Positions 41,166-51,700 are shown, counted from the first letter of the stretch. The stretch: 64,000 nt of DNA from Eledone cirrhosa (GCA_964016885.1 OZ024758.1:31620001-31684000), one strand, 5' to 3'. Notes: generated by a model not told the origin, from the sequence alone. Numbers and translations are program-made.

Positions 41166-44100
41166 ATCATCATCATCATCATCATCATCATCATTTTACG
41201 TCCGCTTTTCCCTGCTTGCAAGGGTGGGACGGGTCTTATTCAGCACAGCATCTCTCCACTCGTCACGGTCCCTCGTCATCTCCACCGTGAGCTTCAATGA
41301 TCTGAGGTCTGTTCTCACCACCTCCGCCCATGTTTTTCGTGGTCTACCTCTACCACGTCTTCCTTCAACTGGCATTTCCTGGCACTTCTTCACCCATCGG
41401 TCATCCTCCATGCGCATCACATGTCCATACCACCTCAGTCTCCTCTCCCGTACACTACATTCTATCCCTCTCAGACACAGTTTCTCTCTCAACACATTTA
41501 TGCTGGGTCGTTCACGCACATTTACACTGCACATCCAACGGAGCATGCTTGCCTCATTTCTCTCCAGCCGTCGCATATCTTCTGCGGTAGCTGCCCATGT
41601 CTCACTACCATGCAGCATCGCGCTCCTCACACAGGCATCATACAACCGGCCTTTCGTACGCAGGGAGAAACCCTTCTTCGTCAACAGAGGAAGCAGCTCC
41701 CTAAACTTCTTCCAACCCGTCCTTATTCTAGATACTATGGCCTCGGAACACCCTCCTCCCATGCTAATCTGATCTCCTAGGTACCGGAAGCTATCCACCA
41801 CTTCTATAGCGCCCTCTCGCATTTGAAAAATGTGTCTATCAGTGCGACTTCTACTGTCTAATTTCCCTGTACATCTACTGCATACATATTTCTCCCTACC
41901 TGTTAGTTTGCCTGCTATCCCGCTACATCTCTTGTGTACCCAGGACCTACATTGTGTGCATTTTATAGAATTTATGCCAGTTCCTTTTCTGCATATCGAA
42001 CATGGCCATTTCCCTGACGGAATCAGGGTTTTGTCCTCTTTTCTACTCATCAACACTTTTGTCTTAGCTAGATTTACTCTCAGTCCTCTTGCTTCCAACT
42101 GCTGTTTCCATAGCCGGAATTTATTCTCTAGCTCCTCTACTGATTCTGCCATAAGAGCCAGATCGTCAGCATAGAGAAGTTCCCATGGACAGCCAGTCTT
42201 AAACTCCTCTGTTATGGCTTGGAGGACTATAATGAACAAGAGCGGGCTGAGGACCGAACCCTGATGTACTCCTACTTGTATCTGGAATTCCTCACTAAAC
42301 TCCATTCCTACCCTGACTTTACTGAGAGTACCTCTGTACAAAGTTTGCACTGTCCTTACAAGCCATTCCTCAACACCCAGCTTCCTTAGGGACCACCAGA
42401 TGACAGATCGGGGTACCCTATCAAAGGCCTTCTCTAGGTCAACAAAGGCTAAGTATAGTGGCTTATTCTTCTCTAAGAACCTCTCTTGCATTTGTCTCAC
42501 CAAGAAGAGGGCATCTGTTGTACTCTTCCCAGGCACAAAACCAAACTGCATCTCATCTAGTTTGACCCTTTCTCTAATTAGTTGTGCTAGAATCCTTTCT
42601 GCCACTTTCATAACCTGATCTATCAGTTTTATACCCCTATAATTGCTCCTCTCCAAAGCATCCCCTTTACCTTTGTAGCAATTTATGAGAATACTGCTGC
42701 ACCAGTCTTTGGGTATGACACCACCATATATAGCCTGATTGATTATGCGTGCAACCAGTTTAGTGCCTACGTCCCCTGATGCCTTCAGCATCTCAGCAAC
42801 TATTCCCGATGGTCCGGCCGCCTTACCATTTTTCATTTCCCTAATCGCCTCTTGGACCCTATATTCGTCAATCTCAATAGCTGGTCCCTCTGTCGGATCT
42901 ACCAAGGGTAATTTCTCTCTCTCCCATTCGTTCTCCACATTCATCAGTCTCTCATAATGACATTTCCAGGCCTCCTTTTTCTGGTCATTCGTGACACTAA
43001 GTACACCGGCATCATCCCGGACACATTTATCACCAACAACATCCTGATTTGCATTGACACACTGCCTTGCAATGTGGAACACCGCACGCCTCTGATCTTC
43101 CCGTCGCAGAACATTGGCAAACCTCCTACTCTCTGCCTCCCTGCGTGCTAAGTACACCTGACGTCTAGCTTCTCTCTTAGTGGCTGTATATTCTTCCCTA
43201 CTCCCACCCTTATTCCAAGCCTTCCATGCTAGTCTTTTGTCTCTAATAGCCTTATCTACACTGCTGTTCCACCACCAGGTCACTCTCTGTCTGGTTGGAG
43301 CTCTGCTCCAGCCACAGGTTTCATCAGTAGCCTTCAGCAAGTTGTCACGTAAGAACTTCCAGTTATTATCTATGTCATACGTCTCTAAATCGTCTTCTTT
43401 TTCGTCATATACATCTTGAAGGGCTTTCCTAAATTTGAATTTTAGTGAAAGGTCTTTTAGCTTCCAGACCTTTCTTCTCCACACCTTCCTATATGTCTCA
43501 TTCCATCTCTTGCTTACTGAGATATCACTAACAACTAACCTATGCTGTGGGGTACATTCTTCCCCAGGGTATGCCTTGGTATTAGACACTATCTGCCTGT
43601 CCCGCTGCCTAACTAGCAGGAAGTCAATCTGGCTTATGTGCTCACCAGATTTGTAGGTTATTAGGTGATTGGCAGGTTTCTGGAAGTTTGTGTTGCAAAT
43701 AGTCAATGTACTTGCATCACAAAATTCAAGAAGTCTCACTCCTTCTTCATTTCTTGAACCGTAACCGTGCCCACCATGTACCCCAGTGTAACCATCCTGG
43801 AGCTGTCCAACATGACCATTGAAGTCTCCTGCTAGCATAACGATGTCTCCGTCCTCTGTCATTGTGGTTGTTTGCAAAAGTTGCTCATAAAAGCAGTCTT
43901 TCTCATCTTTGCCTAGGCCTGCTTGGGGAGCATAGACCGAGATGATTGTCAGTAGTCTCCTACCTACAACTAATCTAAGCTTAATTATTCGATTACTAAC
44001 TCGAACTACCTCTATTGTCTTATTGATCCATTTCTCAGCCAGGAAAATGCCTACTCCCCCTAACCCATCATCCTTACCTACCCAGAATAGCTTATAGCTA

Positions 44101-44458
44101 AGACGCTTGCCTACGACTAGTCTCGCAGAGGCACCCCTCCATCTCACCTCTTGCACGCAGCACACATCCACCTGCCTTCTCTCCAGCATCTCCGCTATTT
44201 CAGCAGACCTACCTCTGAGAGTGCCAACATTAAGTGTTGCAACTCTGAGATGCGACGTCTTCATATTTTTCTATGCTGTTTTGTTGCTGTGCTGATAAGC
44301 TTTTTGGCATTGATACACTGGTTGGATGCCCTTCCTAACACCAGCGCCACTTTACAGCATGGACTGGGTGCTTTTATTTGTGCCACCAGCACTAGAGAGG
44401 ATGTCTTACTAGACTCAAGGGCCCTCTCTACCCCTCCATTTTACAGCATGGTCATTGA
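41166..44458 (-). mobile_element. RTE LINE family C, apparently full length (5' boundary between 44458 and 44535)
   Basis: 5' UTR, intact single ORF, (TGA)n tail directly after the stop; TA run at the 3' side. Confidence 0.95.
41196..44264 (-). CDS. RTE-clade non-LTR retrotransposon polyprotein: APE endonuclease + reverse transcriptase with an internal PHD finger (41871-42002), 1022 aa
   Basis: EN: ATLNVGTL, CVQEVRW, AGDFNGHVG, QIDFLL, PQH. RT: QFGFVPGKST, DLEKAFDRV, GVHQGSVLSPLLF, YADD, FRYLG. RTE C-terminus RRLRWYGHVMRM...RGRGRPRKTW. ATG start, no stops. Confidence 0.96.
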   Translation of the reverse strand: MKTSHLRVATLNVGTLRGRSAEIAEMLERRQVDVCCVQEVRWRGASARLVVGKRLSYKLFWVGKDDGLGGVGIFLAEKWINKTIEVVRVSNRIIKLRLVVGRRLLTIISVYAPQAGLGKDEKDCFYEQLLQTTTMTEDGDIVMLAGDFNGHVGQLQDGYTGVHGGHGYGSRNEEGVRLLEFCDASTLTICNTNFQKPANHLITYKSGEHISQIDFLLVRQRDRQIVSNTKAYPGEECTPQHRLVVSDISVSKRWNETYRKVWRRKVWKLKDLSLKFKFRKALQDVYDEKEDDLETYDIDNNWKFLRDNLLKATDETCGWSRAPTRQRVTWWWNSSVDKAIRDKRLAWKAWNKGGSREEYTATKREARRQVYLARREAESRRFANVLRREDQRRAVFHIARQCVNANQDVVGDKCVRDDAGVLSVTNDQKKEAWKCHYERLMNVENEWEREKLPLVDPTEGPAIEIDEYRVQEAIREMKNGKAAGPSGIVAEMLKASGDVGTKLVARIINQAIYGGVIPKDWCSSILINCYKGKGDALERSNYRGIKLIDQVMKVAERILAQLIRERVKLDEMQFGFVPGKSTTDALFLVRQMQERFLEKNKPLYLAFVDLEKAFDRVPRSVIWWSLRKLGVEEWLVRTVQTLYRGTLSKVRVGMEFSEEFQIQVGVHQGSVLSPLLFIIVLQAITEEFKTGCPWELLYADDLALMAESVEELENKFRLWKQQLEARGLRVNLAKTKVLMSRKEDKTLIPSGKWPCSICRKGTGINSIKCTQCRSWVHKRCSGIAGKLTGREKYVCSRCTGKLDSRSRTDRHIFQMREGAIEVVDSFRYLGDQISMGGGCSEAIVSRIRTGWKKFRELLPLLTKKGFSLRTKGRLYDACVRSAMLHGSETWAATAEDMRRLERNEASMLRWMCSVNVRERPSINVLREKLCLRGIECSVRERRLRWYGHVMRMEDDRWVKKCQEMPVEGRRGRGRPRKTWAEVVRTDLRSLKLTVEMTRDRDEWRDAVLNKTRPTLASREKRT

Positions 44459-44558
44459 AAAAAAAAAAAAAAAAAAAAAAAACTTATTGACACGACTCAC
44501 ACACTAATACTCATGCATACAAACCACAACCACACATATATATATTAATATATATATA

Positions 44559-44801
44559 ATGATGGAGGATGACCGATGGGTGAAGAAGTGCCAGGAAATG
44601 CCAGTTGAAGGAAGACGTGGTAGAGGTAGACCACAAAAAACATGGGCGGAGGTGGTGAGAACAGACCTCAGATCATTGAAGCTCACGGTGGAGATGACGA
44701 GGGACCGTGACGAGTGGAGAGATGCTGTGCTGAATAAGACCCGTCCCACCCTTGCAAGCAGGGAAAAGCGGACGTAAAATGATGATGATGATGATGATGA
44801 T
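44559..44801 (+). mobile_element. RTE LINE family C, short 3' fragment
   Basis: MEDDRWVKK...LASREKRT stop, then tail; preceded by a TA run. Confidence 0.93.
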
Positions 44802-44833
44802 ATATATAAAAAATAAAAATGAAATATATATAT

Positions 44834-45168
44834 GAGGCACATGGCTTAGTGGTAAGAGCATTGGGCTTGCAATCGAAAGGTTGTAAGTTCAATTCTCAGA
44901 CCGGGTGATGTGTTGTGTCCTTGAGCAAGACACTTTATTTCACATTGCTCCAGTTTACTCAGCTGTAGAAATGAGATGATAGGGACCCAGGCTCTATCAA
45001 TCCACTGCAAAGTGGTTGTGGAGGTGCCACGGAAAAAAAAGCACCCAGCACTCACTGTAAATGAGGTTGGTGTTAGGAAGGGCATCCAGCTGTAGAAATC
45101 AAGCCAGAATCAGTTCCCGTCCCACCCTTGCAAGCAGGGAAAAGCGGACGTAAAATGATGATGATGAT
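44834..45168 (+). mobile_element. tRNA-derived SINE with RTE-derived body and family C 3' tail
   Basis: A/B boxes, CORE-like segment, GGTGTTAGGAAGGGCATCC module, and tail CCCGTCCCACCCTTGCAAGCAGGGAAAAGCGGACGTAAAA(TGA)n identical to the family C end. Confidence 0.88.
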
Positions 45169-45670
45169 ATATGTATATATATATAAAATCAAATTTGATT
45201 TTTTTATATCAAACTAGGCATTCCCTCTTAAATAAGCTGAAAAAGATTGGTGTATAATTTTTTATGTATATTAACCATAATAGGGTTAAGTCATTCTTGA
45301 TCATATTTCAATGGATCACCAGAAAAACCAGTAAAAAATGTCTTTATTACTAACAGTGCAAGGTAATAGTCATGCAACATCAACTGGTTTGTGTAATGAA
45401 TAATAAGACAGAATGTTGTTCTCTTAAATATATTTAAATCTCAACTGATGATCAAGGTATCATAAGATCAATTTGAACCAGATAACAAATGATTTGTTAT
45501 CACTGGAACAGTTTTCTTTTCACCAATGAACATACATTGATTGGCTATTTGTCGTTCTTATTTATTCATCAATGTATTAATAAATAAATCCAAATTTACT
45601 GTTTTATGCAGTGTACACCAACCTCTATTTTCACTTTCATTCAACTGACAAAAATATAGCAGCTATTATA

Positions 45671-46021
45671 TAAGGGTCGGCTGAAAGGTTCATACGCTGA
45701 AAAGTTCATCGTCTGACCAAGATACTCTCATGGATGACCAAATGAGGTTTATTTTTCAACATTGTCCCTAGAAAGAAACAATGCAGTTATTAATAAGAAG
45801 AGCTGAAATTAATGCAAGCAAGATTTCACAGCTCTAACATCACTCTTTCATAGGCTGACCAAGATACTCTCATGGAATGACCCAATGATGTATATTCTTT
45901 AACATAGTCCCTGGAAAGAAACAATGCAGTTATTAATAAGAAGAGCTGAAATGAATGCAAGCAATATTTCATAGCTCTAGCATCAATCTTTTGTAGTCAG
46001 CCTCCTTTCAGCCAACCCTTA
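45671..46021. mobile_element. mariner-like MITE with an internal duplication, probably in the DUSP12 3' UTR
   Basis: TIRs TAAGGGTCGGCTGAAAGG / CCTTTCAGCCAACCCTTA flanked by TA; related copy at 52907. Confidence 0.7.
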
Positions 46022-46185
46022 TATGTGGCTGCCAGCAGCTGCGGATATTTGATAGAGTCAAATGACAAAAATGTCTTGTAAAACATATACTAACTCCTCC
46101 CTTCCATACTCTTTCACTTATTATTGTACAACATATGTTTTAAGTTAAGTTGGTTGACAGTGAAGACAAAGACAAATATAGATTC

Positions 46186-46334
46186 TCAGCTGCAAGAAGT
46201 AGAAACTGTTTTCTGCATATATTGGTTGTCAGGAAGGGGTCGTGCAACAAGAACAAAGGGCCGACATAAATCTACTTTATTCTTCTGGATGTGAAATGCT
46301 GGAGCAATCCATGATCCACACGGACATTTTTCAC
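46186..46334 (-). CDS. DUSP12: Dual specificity phosphatase 12 (YVH1), last coding exon
   Basis: (G)EKCPCGSWIAPAFHIQKNKVD...stop matches the DUSP12 zinc-binding C-terminus GEQCSCGRWITPAFQIHKNRVD; acceptor TTTCCAG; phase fits the upstream exon. Confidence 0.92.
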
Positions 46335-46583
46335 CTGGAAATGAGAAAAAATGAATAAATAAATACATTATCAAATTTATATATAAATTGGCGTGACTTC
46401 CGTCTGTCCGTCACACAGTGTGTGTGTAAAAGGAAGGAAGGGGATGGTGAAAAGACTACAGCAAAACAGCAGCTGGCGTTCCATTTGTTATGCTGTGTGT
46501 GAGTGTGTGTTTGTATGTCTGTGTGTATTTTTGTAAGTGTGTCTGTGTTTGTGTGTTTATATTTATATACTTATACATATGAT

Positions 46584-46926
46584 GGAGGCACATGGCTTAG
46601 TGGTTAGAGCATTGGCCTTGCAATCGAAAGGTTGTGAGTTCAATTCTCAGACCGAGTGATGTGTTGTTTCCTTGAGCAAGACACTTTATTTCACATTGCT
46701 CCAGTTTACTCAGCTGTAGAAATGAGATGATAGGGACTGGGGTCCCTATCATTCCACTGCAAAGTGGTCGTGGAGGTGCCACGGCAAAAAAGCACCCAGC
46801 ACTCACTGTAAATGAGGTTGGTGTTAGGAAGGGCATCCAGCTGTAGGAATCAAGCCAGCATCAGTTTCCGTCCCACCCTTGCAAGCAGGGAAAAAGCGGA
46901 CGTAAAATGAAATGATGATGATGATG
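46584..46926 (+). mobile_element. tRNA-derived SINE, same family as 44834-45168, in the DUSP12 last intron
   Basis: Near-identical head, body and family C tail. Confidence 0.88.
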
Positions 46927-47064
46927 TATACACACACACACATACACATCAGCATGTTGAAAAAAATTCTAGTAAATGAAAATGCGTTAAATAAAGTTAA
47001 GATTAGAATTTTCCAGTCATACAATATTTATATGGAAAATATATTCTGAGCAGTTTGATCTCTA

Positions 47065-50000
47065 ATCATCATCATCATCATCTTCGTTTAACGTCCATCT
47101 TCCACACTAGCATGGCTTAGACGGGAGTTGTCCCACTTGAGGCAAGGTTGGTCGGGTGACCTTGTCTGGCAGGTTTTCTACGGCTGGATGCCCTTCCTAA
47201 CATCAACCACATTTACAGTGTGGAACTGGGAACTTTTTACCGTGTTACCTAAATGGCCACTTTACAGCGTGGACTGTGTGTTTTTTTTTTTGTTGTGACA
47301 CCTACACGATCTCGATCTCATTATCTCATTTATTTGGACTGGATGTTGTGGTACCAACTTTACAGAGAGAGGGTGGTGCTGGTGGGAGTGGGAGGATAAG
47401 GTAGGGTAGTGGATTGGGGGGTATATTTGGTTTAAGAGGTGCCTACTGACTGTAGGTTTCACTTTGTATATAGGCAAGGCAGGTCTTCTGTATTACTGCG
47501 TGGCGCCAAAGAACTCAGTCCAGTGACATTGTCTTAGAGAGGTGCAAGTGTGTAAGGTCGGAATTTATCAAGTCGTCCCAGGTTTTTCTGGGTCTACCTA
47601 CTCCGTAACTACCATCAATTTTGATCGCTCTGCATTTTTATATACAGCTGTCGTCTTTCATGCACATCACGTGACTATACCAACATAGTCTTCTCTCAAG
47701 TAAACAGCATCTGATTCCTCTTATTCCTAATTTCTCACTTAGTTTATTTATGCTTTGCTGTTCACGTATATTACTATTACACATCCAACGGAGCATGCAT
47801 GCTTCGTTCCTCTCCAGTCTGCGTAGATCCTCTGCACATATTGCCCATGTCTCACTGCCATGAAGCATTGCTGTTCGTATACAGGCATCATACAATCTGC
47901 CTTTCATTTTTAGAGAGAAACTTTTTTGTGGCCAACAGCGGTTTAAGCTCTCTGAACTTTTTCCATCCCGTTCTGACTCTGGCTACTGTACTTTCAGAGC
48001 ACCCTCCACCGCTGCTGATTTTGTCACCCAGGTAACGGAAAGTGTCCACTATTTCTATAGAACCATCTGGGCAATAGAAGGAGCTAGCATCCTGTGGCAC
48101 TTGCTACTTATTGCACCTGAGCATTGGCCACATATAAAATCTACGTTCTTAGATAGTTTACCTGTGATCCCACTACATCTTTTATGTACCCATAGTTTGC
48201 ATTTGGGACATAAAATGGAATTTCTGCCTACTCCTTTCCTACACACTGAGCATGGTCATTTCCCTGATGGGACCGGTGCCCTATTTTCCTTTCTACAAAC
48301 TAGAACTTTGGTCTTAGACAAGTTAACTTTAAAGACTTTTGATTCTAGGCCATTCTTCTATGTTTGGAATTTCTTCTCTAGTTCAGCCATAGATTCAGCT
48401 ATGAGAGTTAGATCATCTGCATAGAGAATTCCCATGGGCAGCCGGTCTTGAACTCCTCTGTTATAGCCTGATGGGCATTAATAAATAGGAGGGGGCTAAG
48501 GACAGAGCCTTGATGAACACCAACCTTTACACTAAATTCTTCATTATATTCGTTGTTAATTCTAACCTTGCTGACTGTTTCATTATACATAGCTTGTATA
48601 GCTCTCACAAGCCATTCATCTACACCTAGTTTTCTAAGAGTCCACCAGACGCGGGGGACTCTGTCAAAGGCTTTCTCCAGGTCTACAAAAGCTAAGTAGA
48701 GGGGTTTACTTTTAGCTAGGTACTTCTCCTGTAGTTGTCATACAAGGAAAAGAGCGTCTGTAGTACTTTTACCTGACACAAACCCAAACTGCATTTCATC
48801 TAGATCAATTCGCTCTGATTAGTTGTGCTATAACTCTTTCTGTGACCTTCATGACCTGATCAACTAACTTAATGCCTCTATAGTTTCCCCTATCTAGAGC
48901 ATCCCCTTTACCCTTGTAGCAGTTAATGATGATGCTGCTCTGCCAGTCTTTTGGTATGACCCCATTCTGTATTACTTGGTTAACTATACAGGTGACCATA
49001 GTGTGTCCCACCATTCCAGCTGCTTTCAACATCTCAACAACTATCTCCGAAGGCCCAGCTGCCTTGCCTGTCTTCATATATTTGATTGCCTTACTTATTA
49101 TACTACCTTTAACTTGCACCACTGGTCCTTCTATTGGATCGATTTGGAGCAGACTATCTTTTTTCCATTTATTCTCCTCATTTAATAGTCTCTCGTAGTG
49201 ACACTTCCAAGCTATCTTCTTATCAGTATCAGTGAGGGCAAGTACACCATCATCATTATGGACACACTTCTCCCCGACAATATCACGGTTTTCCTTGACA
49301 CATTGTCTAGCAATCCTGAACACCTCACATTTTTGGTCCTCACGTTGTAGAACATGCTTGAACTTTCTATCCTCTGCTTCCCTTTTTGCAAGGTACACTT
49401 GTCTCCTAGATTCTCTCCTGGCCACTTGATAGTGCTTTCTACTTCCCCTATTCTGCCATACTTTCCAAGCCTGCTTTTTGGTCTTGATTGTCTCCTCACC
49501 TTACTGTTCCACCACCAAGTTACTCTCCTCCTGCCAATAGGTCTGCTCCAGCCACAGATTTCATCCGTTGCTTTCAGCAGGTTCACTTTCAAGGATTGCC
49601 ACTGTTCCTCTCTATTGCACGTCTCTAATTGCTCTTCCTTATTGTCAAAGGCATCAATAAGCTTTTAAATTTGTCACTGGCTATGGGGTCCTTCAACTTC
49701 CATATTCTTCTCCTCAAGGTAGGCCTCCTCTGTCGTCAAGTACATCTAGTCCTGACTATGAGGTCACTAACTACTAGGCTATGTTGGGAGGTGCATTCTT
49801 CACGGGGGAGGGATTTAGTGTTTACAACAGACACTTTGTCACATCTTCTAGTAAGGATATAATCTATCTGGTTGGCATGTTCCCCTGATCTATAGGTGAT
49901 CAAGTGGTTTTCTCATTTTTTTGAAGTTTGTGTTACAGATAGTTAGGTTATTAGCATCACAGAATTCCAGGTTTCTGAAGCCCTCCTCATTTCTATTTCC

Positions 50001-50960
50001 AACCCCATAGCCTCCATGGATTCCCTCATAGCCATCACTATGTTGTCCAACATGACTGTTTAGATCGCCAGCAATAATTAAGTAGTCGCTGTCGGTTATT
50101 TTGGAGGTAGTGTGCATTAGCATCTCATAGAACCTGTCCTTTATAATGTCAGGTAGACCAGATTGGGGTGCATAAGCGGATATTATTGTCACAGTAGTTC
50201 TATTTAGAACTAGTCTTAATTCAATTATTCTGTCATTCACTCTATTTACGTCAATTACCTTATCTACCCATTTTTCAGCTAACATAATTCCTACTCCACC
50301 CAGTCCGTTGTCATTTCCCACCCAGAAAAGTTTATAGCATTGTTTTTTACCCACGATGAATCTGGCAGACCCCCCTCTCCACCTAGTCTCTTGAACACAA
50401 CAAACATCAACTACTTTACGTTCAAGCATCTCTACAACATCATTTGAGCGACCTTTCAATGTTCCTACATTCCTGGTACCAACTCTGAAGTTGGGAGGGT
50501 GGGATGGATGGGTTGGAGGGGCAGGGAGGGGTGTGGGATACGGAATTATGTTGGTCATCCGTGTCTGAAATAAAGAGGGGTTCTTGTATTCTCGTCCTGC
50601 AGCGGGAGGTGAATTTATCTTTATCTGTGACATTGTTATGAGTGTTTAGACTTTTCAAATTTCCGCAGTCAACCCATCAAACAGGTCTAAAGTTAAGGAG
50701 TAGTAACCGAGGTGGTAGCTTTGCTATACTGATTTGTTAGAGAACTTACTATAGAGTTATGATTGGACCATATAACAATGGTGGGGAGTGTGAGGGTGAG
50801 AAATGGGTAACTTTAGGAGAAGGTTAGTTTTTAGGAAGGGTCCAACAGAATGAGACATATTATTAAAAACATGTAAAATATTAACTGAAAATCCGAGAGA
50901 AGTTTAAAACCCTGCTCATTGAGTAAACTACGAGTAAAAGGAAAGACAAGTGTTTTGCTT
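47065..50960 (-). mobile_element. RTE LINE family A, near full length, decayed, intronic (5' boundary approximate)
   Basis: ORF fragments 49890-50633 (EN), 49212-49592, 48805-49425, 48408-48608, 48055-48246 (PHD) and 47638-47907; family A 3' UTR and tail. Confidence 0.92.
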
Positions 50961-51397
50961 ACATTCTCAAAATCGTCCGTAAGATAGATTAGATAGATAA
51001 ATTCTGTCCTTGGAACCCAGCAAGGTTTATTTTATACTTGCGAGCAGACCATCATCAAGTGTTATTTTCATGGATATGTACATGGCACCAAATATGTATC
51101 ATGCAGTGAATTGATTTAAATAAATCAATTGACTTAAGAAATTAGTGCTTTTAGGGTGTATTCTATGTTGAGAAATGGCATCTAAGACTTCTCAGTCACC
51201 ATAATTAATGATTTATAATAATAATGAACCAATTTACTTATTATTTAACTCCAGGCCTGAACTGAGGTAGAACAGGTCTAGGATTAAATACATCGTCATA
51301 GTTGCAATCATCCAATCTTCTTTACAGACATAGTGTATCTAAAATTACTGTTTCCAATGTGACCCTATATCTTTAACTGTTTTTATACTAAACTAAA

Positions 51398-51700
51398 GGC
51401 AGCAAATTGGCAGAGTCGTTAGAACGTCAGATAGAATCCTCTGTGGTATTCATTTCGGCTCTCTGAGTTCAAATCCCACTGAGATCAACTTTGCCTTTCA
51501 TCCTTTTAAGGTCGATAAAAAAGTATTAGTCTCGTACTACGATTGATTTTTCCTCTATATCTTTCTTATTTCCTCTCTATCCTTTTCTGGAAGATCTCTG
51601 CTGTGTTCAAACCTGGAAAGCAATGGGCTAACCCGGCTTAAAATGCCCAAGAAACACTGTATGCCACTACGACTTCATCAAGAGTTATGGGACCATACCA
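51398..51700 (+). mobile_element. Nin-type SINE
   Basis: GAGTTCAAATCCC...AACTTTGCCTTTCATCCTTTTAAGGTCGATAAAA core. Confidence 0.7.

Noticed and set aside
25848-44264. Bacterial RT system (retron, group II intron, DGR) suggested by clustered RTs
   Set aside because: APE endonuclease, RTE C-terminus, microsatellite tails, 5' truncations and spliceosomal introns nearby show eukaryotic non-LTR retrotransposons.
44458-44482. Poly(A) tail of a processed pseudogene
   Set aside because: The adjacent sequence is the minus-strand LINE leader; no retrocopy or TSD seen.
25817-49862. Many ORFs antisense to or overlapping the RT ORFs
   Set aside because: Shadow frames of the LINE coding strand, repeated only because the elements are repeated.
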